From the sequence record SRR20825019_1943: 64,000 nucleotides of DNA; one strand, given 5' to 3'. The translations under genes were made by a program, and so were the position numbers. How positions within the stretch are numbered: position 1 is the first letter of the stretch; every line of letters starts with the position of its first letter. This document shows, piece after piece, positions 37,216 to 46,947 of the stretch. The notes under the pieces were generated by a model. That model saw only the letters and a list, made by a program, of their open reading frames with translations, was not told the origin of the DNA and did not search any database.

Positions 37216-38107
37216 AGCTACGCCCCCCTTCCCTCTTTGCTTCATAAAGATACTGATCCGCTGTTTCCTTCAACTCTGAAGCATTCGTCCCTTTGTGAGG
37301 AACGACAGCGTAGCAACCGACTGACACTGAAAAGCCAGGGCAATCCTGCCCGCTTCGGCGACACTTTTCGTGTTCGTTTGCCAGAACCTCCTCCAGACGT
37401 TTGGCCGCCCGAACCGTACTGTTGAGCGTGGCACCGGGCAGCATTGCTACAAACTCATCGCCGCCGAGTCTTGCCACCAGATCGCCCGCACGGCCGAACG
37501 CCTTTTCCATGGACGTCGCCAGCAGTTGCAGGCAAACATCACCCTGGGCGTGCCCATGTTGATCATTAATACTTTTGAAATGGTCCATATCCACCAGAGC
37601 AAGGCCGAGGGAAAGTTCCTGTCGAAGCGCCCTCCGCCACTCCAGGTCCAACTGCTGCTCAAACATCCGTCGATTGCCGATCCCGGTCAGTGTATCCCGC
37701 AACGCCTGGGCAGCCAGCAAATTCGTCTTTCGCTTAAAATCAACAAAGGTTGAAACCTTGGCACTCAGAATGATCTTGTTGAAAGGTTTGAGGACATAAT
37801 CAATAGCGCCTTCCCTGAACGCCTCTTCAATGTCGCTGCTCTGGTCGGAAGCGGACATACAGATCACCGGCAGTTCCTGGTAGAGCGAGTCCGACTTCAA
37901 GCGTTTAAGAAACTCAATACCGTTGCCATCGGGCAGGTAGAGGTCGAGAAGTACAAGGTCCATGTCCGGCGAAAGGCATCGCTCTGCCTCGGCCAGCGTC
38001 TTGGCAACAACGAGTTCGCAGGCCGCCCCCAGTATCCCCACAAGACTGGCGATACCAGTGGGATTGTCTTCCACAACAAGTACAACTGGCTGTTCTTCAT
38101 TACTCAT
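37196..38107 (-). CDS. REC-GGDEF diguanylate cyclase
   Basis: VVEDN/LLDLYLP REC; DTLTGIGNRR; RAGD I-site; intact GGDEF. Confidence 0.93.
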   Translation of the reverse strand: MSNEEQPVVLVVEDNPTGIASLVGILGAACELVVAKTLAEAERCLSPDMDLVLLDLYLPDGNGIEFLKRLKSDSLYQELPVICMSASDQSSDIEEAFREGAIDYVLKPFNKIILSAKVSTFVDFKRKTNLLAAQALRDTLTGIGNRRMFEQQLDLEWRRALRQELSLGLALVDMDHFKSINDQHGHAQGDVCLQLLATSMEKAFGRAGDLVARLGGDEFVAMLPGATLNSTVRAAKRLEEVLANEHEKCRRSGQDCPGFSVSVGCYAVVPHKGTNASELKETADQYLYEAKREGGRSCVRPAI

Positions 38108-38115
38108 TGTCTGGC

Positions 38116-41100
38116 CTATCCCTCCAGTGGAACATCGTCCAATAGCGCGAGTGCAAGCGGGAAGTCATAGACTTCCAACGCTTGCCTCAATTGGTTTGCC
38201 AGTTTCATCTGGCTGCTGGCAGCAAGGTGATTCAAGATCACCCTCAAATCTTCATCTTCAGCGATACGATTGCCACACAGTTTCGTCTTTACACGAGAAA
38301 GCACGGTTTGTAACTCAGCGTCGGTTTTAGCGGTATTACCACCAGAGTCGTTCAAGTCGAAGTGTTGTTCCAAGCGACGGCTATGGTCAGAAAGCAGGTT
38401 GAGCAGTCGGGGCAACATAGACAGCGACAAACGATCCTCCTGGGCGTTCTCAACCTGACCAGCCACTCCAGCAAGCTCTGTATCGGCAATACTGGCGGCG
38501 GCCCCCTTGATCTTGTGCGCCATGTGACGGGCATCCTCCGCCAACGTTGCCTGCCGGACATCAGCAACCATCTCCGCGGAACTGGCAACAAAGCTTCTGA
38601 CACACCGAGTGAACAACGCTTGATCATCACTGAAAAGACGATCGTAAGCCTGACGTGAAATAAAGTCCGGCATGTCCGTTACCGCCACCTCCGTGTCGTT
38701 GAATACCTCAGTATCGTCGGACATCTCGGGTGTGTAGACCACTGACCGACGGTCTTCAAAATAGGTTTCCAGCAGTAACTGGATATCCTTGGGAACCACC
38801 GGTTTGGTGAGATAGTCCTGCATTCCTGCCGCCTTGGCCGTCATGCGGTCGTGATCGGAAATAGAGGCCGAGAGTGCAACGATGATGGAGTCATTTGCGT
38901 TGGCACAGCCATGGATCCGCTCGGTCACCTCCTGACCGGTTTCACCGTCCAGGTGAAGGTCCATCAGTATGAGGTCGAAGCCCATCTGCCCCAAGCACTC
39001 GACAGCCTGGTCCCCCGTCTGGACAGACTGCACATCGACACCAAACGAACTCAGGTAACTCTCAACAATTTCGCAGTTCAAGGGCACATCGTCGACCACC
39101 AGCGCGGATAATCCGTCAAACTGGGGCTTGCCCCCTCCCCGCGAATCCGGAGTATTCCCATGTCTTTGGGAGAAGTGCTCGAAGAGCTTTGATGGTGTCA
39201 GGGGCTCAAAGGCCATGTGCCCGCCGGAACGCTCGAAGTCCGCCACCCAGTCCCGCCAATAGCCGGCGGAGGCAATGATCAGTATGGCCCAGAGCGGGTA
39301 CCTGCCGGGATCGGTCAGGAGCTCGGTCACGAAACCGTCCAGCAGGCTCGGTTCCGTGCCTTCCATGTCAATCAGGAAGAACCTGTCTTCGACGTCTTCA
39401 ACCTTCGCAATACTCTCAAGGATAGCGGGCCATTGAGTCATATCATCGACGGTTTCAAGTGTCAGGCGCCAATGCTCCCGATAATCCTCGAGCAAGGCCA
39501 GATTGGCACGGAAACCGTAATGGAAGACGTGAATCGGCCTTCCCGTCCTCGAGGAACTTACTGTGCCATCATCCTGGGAGACACCGACAGGCACCAAAAG
39601 CCGGAAAGTCGAGCCCTTGCCAATGTCGCTCTCCAGGGTCAGTTCCGCTTTCATCAATAGTGCCAGTCTTTGGCTAATGGCAAGGCCTAACCCGGTTCCA
39701 CCGAAATTCCGGCTCGTGGATTCGTCCGCTTGCCGGAAGTTCTCAAAAATTCGCCCCTGGTCCTCGGGTTTGATACCCACACCGGTATCCACAACTTCAA
39801 TTTGCAGATAGCCGCTTGCCTGACTCTCAGTCCGATAATCAATCCGGACATCGATACCGCCCTTGCGGGTGAATTTGACGGCATTACCGACAAGATTGGT
39901 GCATATCTGGGAGATGCGTAGCAGATCGCCCGACACACGATTGGGTGTCGCGGGATCAATAGACACCCTGAGTTTCAGGCCTTTTTCTTCCGCAACAATG
40001 GCAAACAGGTCAACGCTACGGTGAACCAGTGCATCGATATCAAATGGATGGATATCAAGCTCAATGTGATCCGCTTCGATCTTGGACAGATCAAGAATGT
40101 CATTCAGAAGTTGCAGGAGTGCCTCAGACGCCGAGAAGGCTTTCTTAACGAGCCGCCGTGGGTGATCCTCCAACCCGGCTTCCTGCAACAGCACAAGCAC
40201 ACCGATAATCGCGTTCATTGGGGTGCGGATTTCGTGGCTCATATTGGCAAGGAAGGCCGTTTTGACGGTCACCGCCGATTCCGCCTCCTGCTTCTGTTCC
40301 TCAAGTTCCGCGTTCAGAACTTCCAGCTCCTTTTCACGCTGCACGATATCGGTTACGTCAATCGTGGTCGCCATGAAACACCGCTCACCCTGCAACGTCA
40401 CCGGGTGATAACTGACCACAACATCGCGGATCTCACCCTTGCGGTTTTCAAGCGAAGCACTGGCCTGAACGCTCTTCCCTTCCAGCGCCTGCTGATAATG
40501 TTTGCTGCGCTCTTTGACGAGGTCGGGGCCAAGCATTTGCTCCAGATTCTGGCCAATGGCTGTTTCTTTACTGAACGGGAACCAGTGTTCTCCGTAGGCG
40601 TTCATAAAACGACACGTGAGTCGGGAGTCCCAGACAGACACGGTTAATGGAAGGTGGTCAGTCAGCGTGTTTATGAAATTCAGGCTTTCCTGCAGCTCAG
40701 CTGTTTTCTCAACAACCTTACTTTCGGCGCGGCGGCGAGCGTTGGCCATGAGCGCAAAGACCAGAAAAATCAGGGCATTAATAACGAGCCCACTGACCAG
40801 AATGATGATGGGCTGTTTGCCAGCGTTAAAGGTTTCGAAGCGCAGCGTGGTCTGGACATCGAAATGCCACTGACGACCATACATATCCATCACGTAAGAC
40901 GTCTCGAACATGGGAGTAGGGTCGTAATTGTCGCCACGGGTTTCATCGAGTTCACTGTACAGGCGGGATTCACCGTCCGTAACCCGAAAGTGAACAAGCC
41001 GGTTGACGTTGGCGAGCGTGCCTTCCATCAGTTTCGACATGATGAAGGGTGCGTAAACCAGCCCGCTGAACAATGACTCACGTTGATCGGCCGGTGGCAC

Positions 41101-41739
41101 CTCTGCGGATTGGTAGAATGGCCGAAAGAAAAGGAACCCTGGTGTTTTTTCTTCATCCTGTACCAATACGATAGGGCCCGTGATCTGGGTTTGGCCGGTT
41201 CGCATTGCTTTGAGCGCGGCCTGGTATCGATTCGATTCATGAGCCATGTCGAGCCCGACGGCCGCGTCATTAGACGCCTCCGGCTCAATGTAGACAATGG
41301 GCCAGAAGTCATCGCCACCATGGGAAGGATGCACCCGGAAGTAGGAACGCTCCTGTTGTTTTTCCGCGATATAGTCGCCCAGATTTTCCGCGGAGACACG
41401 CTCAATAACGCCGATACCATTGATACCCGGCAAACGCTCCTGAAGCGCCAGCACTTCGCTGAAGCGCTTCCACATTTCCAGGTTCACGCCGCCCTCTGAG
41501 GCACGGATAGCACCGGCACCGAACATCAATGCAAATTCGTACTTCTGCATCCGGTCCCGCAGCAGTTCATTGAGCTGTTTCACCTGATGGTCAAACTGCT
41601 CCCCGGCCTTCTCCTCTGCAATTCGGGACGAAACCTGCCAGGCGGTGAGGGTAAGCAGTAACGAGAGGGAAATCACCACCCAATGAAGTAAGGACAGTGA
41701 CTGAAAGGACTTCCATGCGTTGAACATATCTCGGCCCAC
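38116..41739 (-). CDS. CHASE-PAS hybrid histidine kinase with REC and HPt (alternative start 41727)
   Basis: TM-CHASE (YIEP...N..AVGLD...E..R) TM; FLANMSHEIRTPMN; GGTGLGL; VVDD/LMD REC; AHKIKGAA HPt. Confidence 0.93.
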   Translation of the reverse strand: MGRDMFNAWKSFQSLSLLHWVVISLSLLLTLTAWQVSSRIAEEKAGEQFDHQVKQLNELLRDRMQKYEFALMFGAGAIRASEGGVNLEMWKRFSEVLALQERLPGINGIGVIERVSAENLGDYIAEKQQERSYFRVHPSHGGDDFWPIVYIEPEASNDAAVGLDMAHESNRYQAALKAMRTGQTQITGPIVLVQDEEKTPGFLFFRPFYQSAEVPPADQRESLFSGLVYAPFIMSKLMEGTLANVNRLVHFRVTDGESRLYSELDETRGDNYDPTPMFETSYVMDMYGRQWHFDVQTTLRFETFNAGKQPIIILVSGLVINALIFLVFALMANARRRAESKVVEKTAELQESLNFINTLTDHLPLTVSVWDSRLTCRFMNAYGEHWFPFSKETAIGQNLEQMLGPDLVKERSKHYQQALEGKSVQASASLENRKGEIRDVVVSYHPVTLQGERCFMATTIDVTDIVQREKELEVLNAELEEQKQEAESAVTVKTAFLANMSHEIRTPMNAIIGVLVLLQEAGLEDHPRRLVKKAFSASEALLQLLNDILDLSKIEADHIELDIHPFDIDALVHRSVDLFAIVAEEKGLKLRVSIDPATPNRVSGDLLRISQICTNLVGNAVKFTRKGGIDVRIDYRTESQASGYLQIEVVDTGVGIKPEDQGRIFENFRQADESTSRNFGGTGLGLAISQRLALLMKAELTLESDIGKGSTFRLLVPVGVSQDDGTVSSSRTGRPIHVFHYGFRANLALLEDYREHWRLTLETVDDMTQWPAILESIAKVEDVEDRFFLIDMEGTEPSLLDGFVTELLTDPGRYPLWAILIIASAGYWRDWVADFERSGGHMAFEPLTPSKLFEHFSQRHGNTPDSRGGGKPQFDGLSALVVDDVPLNCEIVESYLSSFGVDVQSVQTGDQAVECLGQMGFDLILMDLHLDGETGQEVTERIHGCANANDSIIVALSASISDHDRMTAKAAGMQDYLTKPVVPKDIQLLLETYFEDRRSVVYTPEMSDDTEVFNDTEVAVTDMPDFISRQAYDRLFSDDQALFTRCVRSFVASSAEMVADVRQATLAEDARHMAHKIKGAAASIADTELAGVAGQVENAQEDRLSLSMLPRLLNLLSDHSRRLEQHFDLNDSGGNTAKTDAELQTVLSRVKTKLCGNRIAEDEDLRVILNHLAASSQMKLANQLRQALEVYDFPLALALLDDVPLEG

Positions 41740-41866
41740 ATCCTGTTAGGAACAACACGATAAAGTGTAGTTCAGTTTCGGAGTGAGCACGAAAGGATCT
41801 ACGTCTCAATAGACTAATAAATCTATACTTTGAACCAGATGCACAAAAGGTTCGGGGCTCCGCCCA

Positions 41867-42382
41867 CTACATGGCTTGCAGGCGGAATAAGGCAATTTTA
41901 TTGATCTCGCTCAGGGCACGCTGAAATTCCTGTTCGGGAGAGTTGTGAATGCGCTCTTCGAACGACGCCAGTATCTGGTGTCGATTACTACCTCGCACCG
42001 CCATCACAAAAATAAACCCAAACTTGGCTTTGTACGCCTCATTCAGCCTTACAAAGCGCTCAAACTCTTCCGGGCTGCAATCCTGAATGCCGGCACCGGC
42101 CTGCTCGGACGTACTGGAGGCTGTAAGCTCTCCACGCATAGCGGCTTTGCCTGCGAGATCAGGGTGGGCGTTGATCAAGGCCAACTGGGTGTCGCGATCC
42201 GCACTGAGAAGGATGTTGGCCATCCGCTCATGCAGGCTTTCGACCTCATCACATGTCTCATCGATGCCCATCTCATAGGCTTTATCCGCTACCCACGGTG
42301 AATGCTCATAGATGTCCGCAAATGCGGCTACGAAGTCCTCGCGCCCAAGGCTGGACGGAGTCAGGGTTCGAAAACGGCTCAT
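41867..42382 (-). CDS. uraD: OHCU decarboxylase
   Basis: YEHSPWVA, LINAHPDLAG, S.SEQAGAG, Y.AKFGF.F..AV. Confidence 0.95.
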   Translation of the reverse strand: MSRFRTLTPSSLGREDFVAAFADIYEHSPWVADKAYEMGIDETCDEVESLHERMANILLSADRDTQLALINAHPDLAGKAAMRGELTASSTSEQAGAGIQDCSPEEFERFVRLNEAYKAKFGFIFVMAVRGSNRHQILASFEERIHNSPEQEFQRALSEINKIALFRLQAM

Positions 42383-42447
42383 TGTTTACTCCTGATACCT
42401 CAATGAATGCGATTGGCGCCCACGCTTCAGAGCGAAACACCATAATA

Positions 42448-42457
42448 TCGTATACAA
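42448..42457. promoter_or_regulatory. Putative GntR/FadR-type operator (TTGTATACAA-like)
   Basis: TCGTATACAA upstream of uraD; second copy TGGGATACAA at 42583-42592. Confidence 0.5.
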
Positions 42458-42643
42458 TTAACATAGACACCAATGTGAGGCAATTCTTTTTGCAGGCCGG
42501 CAATATCTCTGGCTTCAGCATGGCGATCACTCACCACCACCAAGCCGAAAAAGACCCAAAAAAGACGACATTAACTAATTTATGGGATACAATATTAATA
42601 CATTGTGTATTCACTTATGATTGAATTATGTTACTCTTTGATC

Positions 42644-42765
42644 AGGTCATCGTGGCCACGGCGGGGAGGTGTTGTGACATTCGATCTGCGAACCTTACCC
42701 GCCCTCCTGCAACACACTCGACTTGCCTCAGTGTGTTTTTACCCGCCTCCCGGCGGGTTTTTTTT
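42644..42765 (+). ncRNA. Structured RNA (sRNA or attenuator/riboswitch) upstream of the GntR gene
   Basis: Extended -10 TGtTACTCT (42629-42637); hairpins 42660-42703 and 42711-42737; terminator 42741-42765. Confidence 0.5.
42741..42765 (+). terminator. Intrinsic terminator about 140 nt upstream of the gntR start
   Basis: ACCCGCC-TCCC-GGCGGGT followed by a long T run. Confidence 0.85.
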
Positions 42766-42906
42766 GCCCCTTCCCCAACCCCAGCGATGGCCTGGAGCTC
42801 CAAAAGGTGGCACGGGAGCGGATCAGGCTCGGCTAAACGGGGTCATTTCTCGTATACTATCCCACTACCGGATTTCGTACTTCCACCACCTCATTCGCGA
42901 GACATT

Positions 42907-43662
42907 ATGAGCAAACAAGCGCAGCCCACCAAAAGCCCGAACCGAGCCGAGAAGAAACGGACGGGGGCGACAAGCGACACCATATACGCCCACATGTTCG
43001 ACGCTATTCTTGAGCATCGCCTGGCCCCGGGAACCAAATTGAGCGAAGAGGCGTTGGGAGAAATTTTTGGAGTCAGCCGCACGATTATCCGGCGGGAGCT
43101 GTCACAGCTGGCACATGAGGGTGTCGTTTCCATTCGCCCCAACCGGGGCGCGATGGTGGCCAGCCCAAGCGTGGAGGAAGCTCGCCAGATTCTCTACGCA
43201 AGGCGTTTGGTCGAACGTGCCATCACAGAGCTTGCCGTTCAGCACGCCACTGAAGAACAGATCGATGAGCTGCGGGAGATGGTGACAGAGGAGCATGATT
43301 GCTTCGCCCGCGGGGATCGGGGCGCCGGCATTCGCTTGTCTGGCGAGTTCCACCTGAAACTGGCCGAGGCGGCAAACAACGCCCCCTTCGTTGGCTTCCA
43401 GCGCAGCCTGGTTTCGCAGACCTCACTGATCATCGCCCAATACGAAAAGGGAACCCGTTCGCACTGCTCCTATGATGAGCACAACCAGCTACTGGATGCG
43501 ATATCCGCCCGGGACACCGACAAAGCCGTTTCGTTGATGATGCATCACATGGATCATATCGATGCGAAACTGAACTTTGATAACGAAAGCACAACCGATG
43601 ACCTCCATGCGGTGTTTTCACACATCGGTTTTGCCCGGAAAAAAGCCGGCACCAAACAATAA
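42907..43662 (+). CDS. GntR (FadR subfamily, FCD domain) regulator of ureide catabolism
   Basis: LAPGTKLSEEALGEIFGVSRTIIR, PNRGA, FH..LA, EH..L..AI. Confidence 0.92.
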   Translation: MSKQAQPTKSPNRAEKKRTGATSDTIYAHMFDAILEHRLAPGTKLSEEALGEIFGVSRTIIRRELSQLAHEGVVSIRPNRGAMVASPSVEEARQILYARRLVERAITELAVQHATEEQIDELREMVTEEHDCFARGDRGAGIRLSGEFHLKLAEAANNAPFVGFQRSLVSQTSLIIAQYEKGTRSHCSYDEHNQLLDAISARDTDKAVSLMMHHMDHIDAKLNFDNESTTDDLHAVFSHIGFARKKAGTKQ

Positions 43663-43715
43663 GGCCCTGCCACGGTATCCGCGTACAGGACCGATATTAG
43701 TGCTCGGTGCTTCCC

Positions 43716-45029
43716 TCACATGGACTTCGGAAGCACCAGAATGGCCCGAAAATCATTAACATTGGTGCGAGTCGGACCCGTGATGATCAAGCCATCAAGC
43801 GCCTCAAAAAAGCTGTAGGCGTCGTTGCGGGCGAGATAGGTGGCAGGGTCAAGCTTCAGGGCCTGAACCCGCGACCAGTCATTGGGTCCGAAAATGGCGC
43901 CGGCGTTATCCTCGGAGCCATCAATACCGTCCGTGTCGATGGCCAAAGCGTGAATATTGGACGCTCCCTGAAGGACCGAGATGGCACCCAGGAGGTATTC
44001 GACGTTGCGACCTCCTCGCCCTTCACCGGACACCGTAACGCTGGTCTCGCCGCCCGAAAGGATCAACAGAGGTTCTTTGAGGTCTTTTTGCAGCTTCAAC
44101 GCCATTGTCGCGTGCTCACCTCCGAGCTCCCTCGCTTCTCCTTCAAGATCGTCACCTAACACTCGAACATCCACACCGGCCAGATTTGCGGACGCTTCGG
44201 CGGCCCGAAGTGCATCACAGGCCCTGGCCTGAACGATCGTGCGGTCAAGTCCAAATTCGGGTGAATGCGGCTTGGGGGCAGTATCGTCGCTGACCAGGTG
44301 GCTGCGCACAGCCTCTGGAATATCAATGGAGTACCGCTCCAGTATTTCCAGGGCATCCATTGGCGTTGTCGCATCTGGAATGGTTGGCCCTGAGGCGATA
44401 AGCGCAGGATCGTCGCCGGGCACATCGGAAATCAGGTAGGTAATCACCCTCGCCGGATGGGCAGCGACAGCCAGGCGCCCACCCTTGACGCGCGAAAGGT
44501 GGCGCCGCACCGTGTTGATCTCCCGGATCGGGGCCCCGCAACGCAACAGCGTCTTGTTGATGGCCTGCTTTTGCTGCAGTGTCAGCCCTGGCGCCGGCAG
44601 CGTCATGAGTGCGGAACCGCCACCGGAAATCAAAGCGACAACAAGATCATTCTCGGTCAGCCCGGCCACCGACTCGAGCATACGCTGGGCAGCCTTCTCG
44701 CCCAATTCGTCCGGCATGGGATGAGAAGCTTCCAATACCTCGATGTGACGACATTCCGCACCGTGTCCATACCGGGTAACAACGAGGCCGGAAAGGTCGG
44801 CGTCATCGTAGGTATCAGCCCACGTGCGCTCGAAGGCCGCAGCCATTGCCGCCGCCGCTTTGCCAGCCCCAATCACGACGGTACGTCCGGCCGGGCGCGG
44901 CGGTAGCTGGCCAGCCGAAAGCAGCGTATCGGGATGCACGGCGGAGACCGCCGTTGCGGCAAGCTGCCTGAGCCAGACATTCACTTCTGTCGGATGATCA
45001 AAGGACAGCGAATTGGACAAGGCGTGCAT
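43716..45029 (-). CDS. Glycerate 2-kinase (TtuD/MOFRL family)
   Basis: GAGKAA, ASHP.PD, ISGGGSAL, SGGETSV, GRGGRN, TGPTRTNVND. Confidence 0.92.
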   Translation of the reverse strand: MHALSNSLSFDHPTEVNVWLRQLAATAVSAVHPDTLLSAGQLPPRPAGRTVVIGAGKAAAAMAAAFERTWADTYDDADLSGLVVTRYGHGAECRHIEVLEASHPMPDELGEKAAQRMLESVAGLTENDLVVALISGGGSALMTLPAPGLTLQQKQAINKTLLRCGAPIREINTVRRHLSRVKGGRLAVAAHPARVITYLISDVPGDDPALIASGPTIPDATTPMDALEILERYSIDIPEAVRSHLVSDDTAPKPHSPEFGLDRTIVQARACDALRAAEASANLAGVDVRVLGDDLEGEARELGGEHATMALKLQKDLKEPLLILSGGETSVTVSGEGRGGRNVEYLLGAISVLQGASNIHALAIDTDGIDGSEDNAGAIFGPNDWSRVQALKLDPATYLARNDAYSFFEALDGLIITGPTRTNVNDFRAILVLPKSM

Positions 45030-45159
45030 CTGCGGCTCCTCGCAACGGATAGAAATTAAAGAAACGACGTGGTACGCCGGCGCGCCCCCAATCGCGCCCT
45101 AATGGCCGGTGCCGAATCGACACCGGCCATTGGGTTTGAGTGCAGCGCCGGCTGCTTAA

Positions 45160-46047
45160 CTAGGCACCAATCTCGTGGTCTGCCAGTTTTTCCAGGGCCT
45201 TCACAATGCCAGCGTGATCCCAATCCGCGCCATTGTTCGCGGCGCAGGCCTGGAACAGTTGCTGGGCGTTGGCGGTGCCAGGCAGCGACAGGTTCAGGCT
45301 GCGTGCACTTTCCAGGGCCAGGTTGAGGTCCTTCTGGTGCAGGCGAATACGGAAGCCAGGGTCAAAGGTACGCTTGATCATGCGCTCTCCGTGGACGTCG
45401 AGGATCTTCGACTGGGCCAGACCACCCAGCAGGGCCTCACGCACTTTCGTTACATCCGCTCCGGCTTTCGACGCGAAAAGCAGACCCTCAGCCGCGGCCT
45501 GGATGGTCAGTGCTACCACGATCTGGTTGGCAACTTTGCAGATCTGACCGGCGCCGTGATCGCCAATATGGGTGATGGTCTTACCCATGACTTCAAGAAC
45601 GGGCAGAGCCCGGTTAAAGCCTTCATTGGTACCACCTACCATAATGGTCAGGGTTGCGTTAACAGCGCCACCCTCGCCACCAGATACCGGGGCATCAACG
45701 TACTCACCACCAGCCTCGGTGATGCGCTTGGCAAATGCCTGGGTGGGGATCGGCGCAATGGAGCTCATATCGATGACCAGCGTACCGGGCTGGAGACCTT
45801 CAACGATGCCGCCCTCACCAATCAGCACTTCCTCAACATCGGGGGTATCCGGGACCATGGTGATGATAATCTCGGCCTGTTCCGCAACTGCCTTGGGGCT
45901 ATCGACTTCTTTCATGCCCTTGGCCGCCAGGCCTTCGTCCAGGGAGCCGTACTTAACGTAGGTCACCAGCTCGTGGCCTGCTTCCATCAGGTGTCCGGCC
46001 ATGGGCCGCCCCATAATTCCGATGCCAATAAATCCGATCTTGCTCAT
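45160..46047 (-). CDS. glxR: 2-hydroxy-3-oxopropionate (tartronate semialdehyde) reductase
   Basis: FIGIGIMGRPMA, DAPVSGG, CKVANQI, FRIRLHQKDL; follows hyi. Confidence 0.94.
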   Translation of the reverse strand: MSKIGFIGIGIMGRPMAGHLMEAGHELVTYVKYGSLDEGLAAKGMKEVDSPKAVAEQAEIIITMVPDTPDVEEVLIGEGGIVEGLQPGTLVIDMSSIAPIPTQAFAKRITEAGGEYVDAPVSGGEGGAVNATLTIMVGGTNEGFNRALPVLEVMGKTITHIGDHGAGQICKVANQIVVALTIQAAAEGLLFASKAGADVTKVREALLGGLAQSKILDVHGERMIKRTFDPGFRIRLHQKDLNLALESARSLNLSLPGTANAQQLFQACAANNGADWDHAGIVKALEKLADHEIGA

Positions 46048-46082
46048 AATCCTCTCCTTACTAACTTTTTTGTTGAATGACC

Positions 46083-46859
46083 TTATCGTGCGTTATCCAG
46101 CCAGCCGAGCCCTTCAAGCGTCGTCGTCGCAGGCTTGTACTCGCAGCCGATCCACCCCTGGTAACCCAGGCGATCAAGATGGCCGAACAGGAACGGGTAA
46201 TTGATCTCCCCCGTGCCGGGTTCGTGGCGCCCTGGATTGTCCGCCAGCTGCACATGGCCGATTTTCGAAAGGTGCTTTTCGATGGTCGGGGCCAGGTCGC
46301 CCTCCATGATCTGCATGTGATAGATGTCGTACTGCAGTTGCAGGTTGTCGCTGCCCACTTCCTCAAACAGCGCCAGGGCCTGCTCCGTCCGGTTGAGGAA
46401 GAAGCCGGGGATGTCCCGGGTGTTGATGGGCTCGGCGAGCAACAGGATGCCTGCCGCTTTCAGTTTTTCGGCGGCGAAGCGGAGGTTGTCGATCAGTGTG
46501 CGACGGGCCTGTTCTTCGCTCACCGTGTTAGGCCGGATACCTGCCAGACAATTCAGTTGCTTACACCCGAGCACGGTGGCGTAGTCAATGGCCAGATCCA
46601 CGCCTTCACGAAACTCTTCGACCCGGTCCGGGTGACAGGCAATACCGCGCTCACCAGCCGCCCAGTCCCCTGCGGGAAGGTTGTGCAGCACTTGGGTGAG
46701 GCCATGGGCATCCAACTGCTTTTTGATGTCTGCCGCGGGAAAATCGTAGGGGAAGAGGTACTCTACGCCCTGGAAGCCTGCCGACGCGGCGGCCTGGAAG
46801 CGGTCGAGAAAATCCTCCTCGGTGAACAGCATGCTTAGATTCGCTGCAAACTTAGGCAT
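46083..46859 (-). CDS. hyi: Hydroxypyruvate isomerase
   Basis: FAANLSMLF, EYLFPY, EPIN, YDIYH, ADNPGRHEPGTGEINY. Confidence 0.96.
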   Translation of the reverse strand: MPKFAANLSMLFTEEDFLDRFQAAASAGFQGVEYLFPYDFPAADIKKQLDAHGLTQVLHNLPAGDWAAGERGIACHPDRVEEFREGVDLAIDYATVLGCKQLNCLAGIRPNTVSEEQARRTLIDNLRFAAEKLKAAGILLLAEPINTRDIPGFFLNRTEQALALFEEVGSDNLQLQYDIYHMQIMEGDLAPTIEKHLSKIGHVQLADNPGRHEPGTGEINYPFLFGHLDRLGYQGWIGCEYKPATTTLEGLGWLDNAR

Positions 46860-46947
46860 TTTGGGGTCTCCTACTCGTCCATTTTTGGGTCTTCGCCCCC
46901 TCTACCTGTTGTTTTTCCACAGGTTTGGGGGCGATTGATTGCGTTGC

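Noticed and set aside
41831-41852. TGAACCAGATGCACAAAAGGTT resembles the ECF promoter at 7714-7740 and points toward the CHASE kinase
   Set aside because: The spacer between AACCTTTT and GCATCTG is 2 nt instead of 10, incompatible with sigma recognition; probably chance or a hairpin after uraD
42628-42906. N-terminal 93-aa extension of the GntR ORF in the track
   Set aside because: It runs through a terminator and has no domain features; ATG 42907 fits the family length
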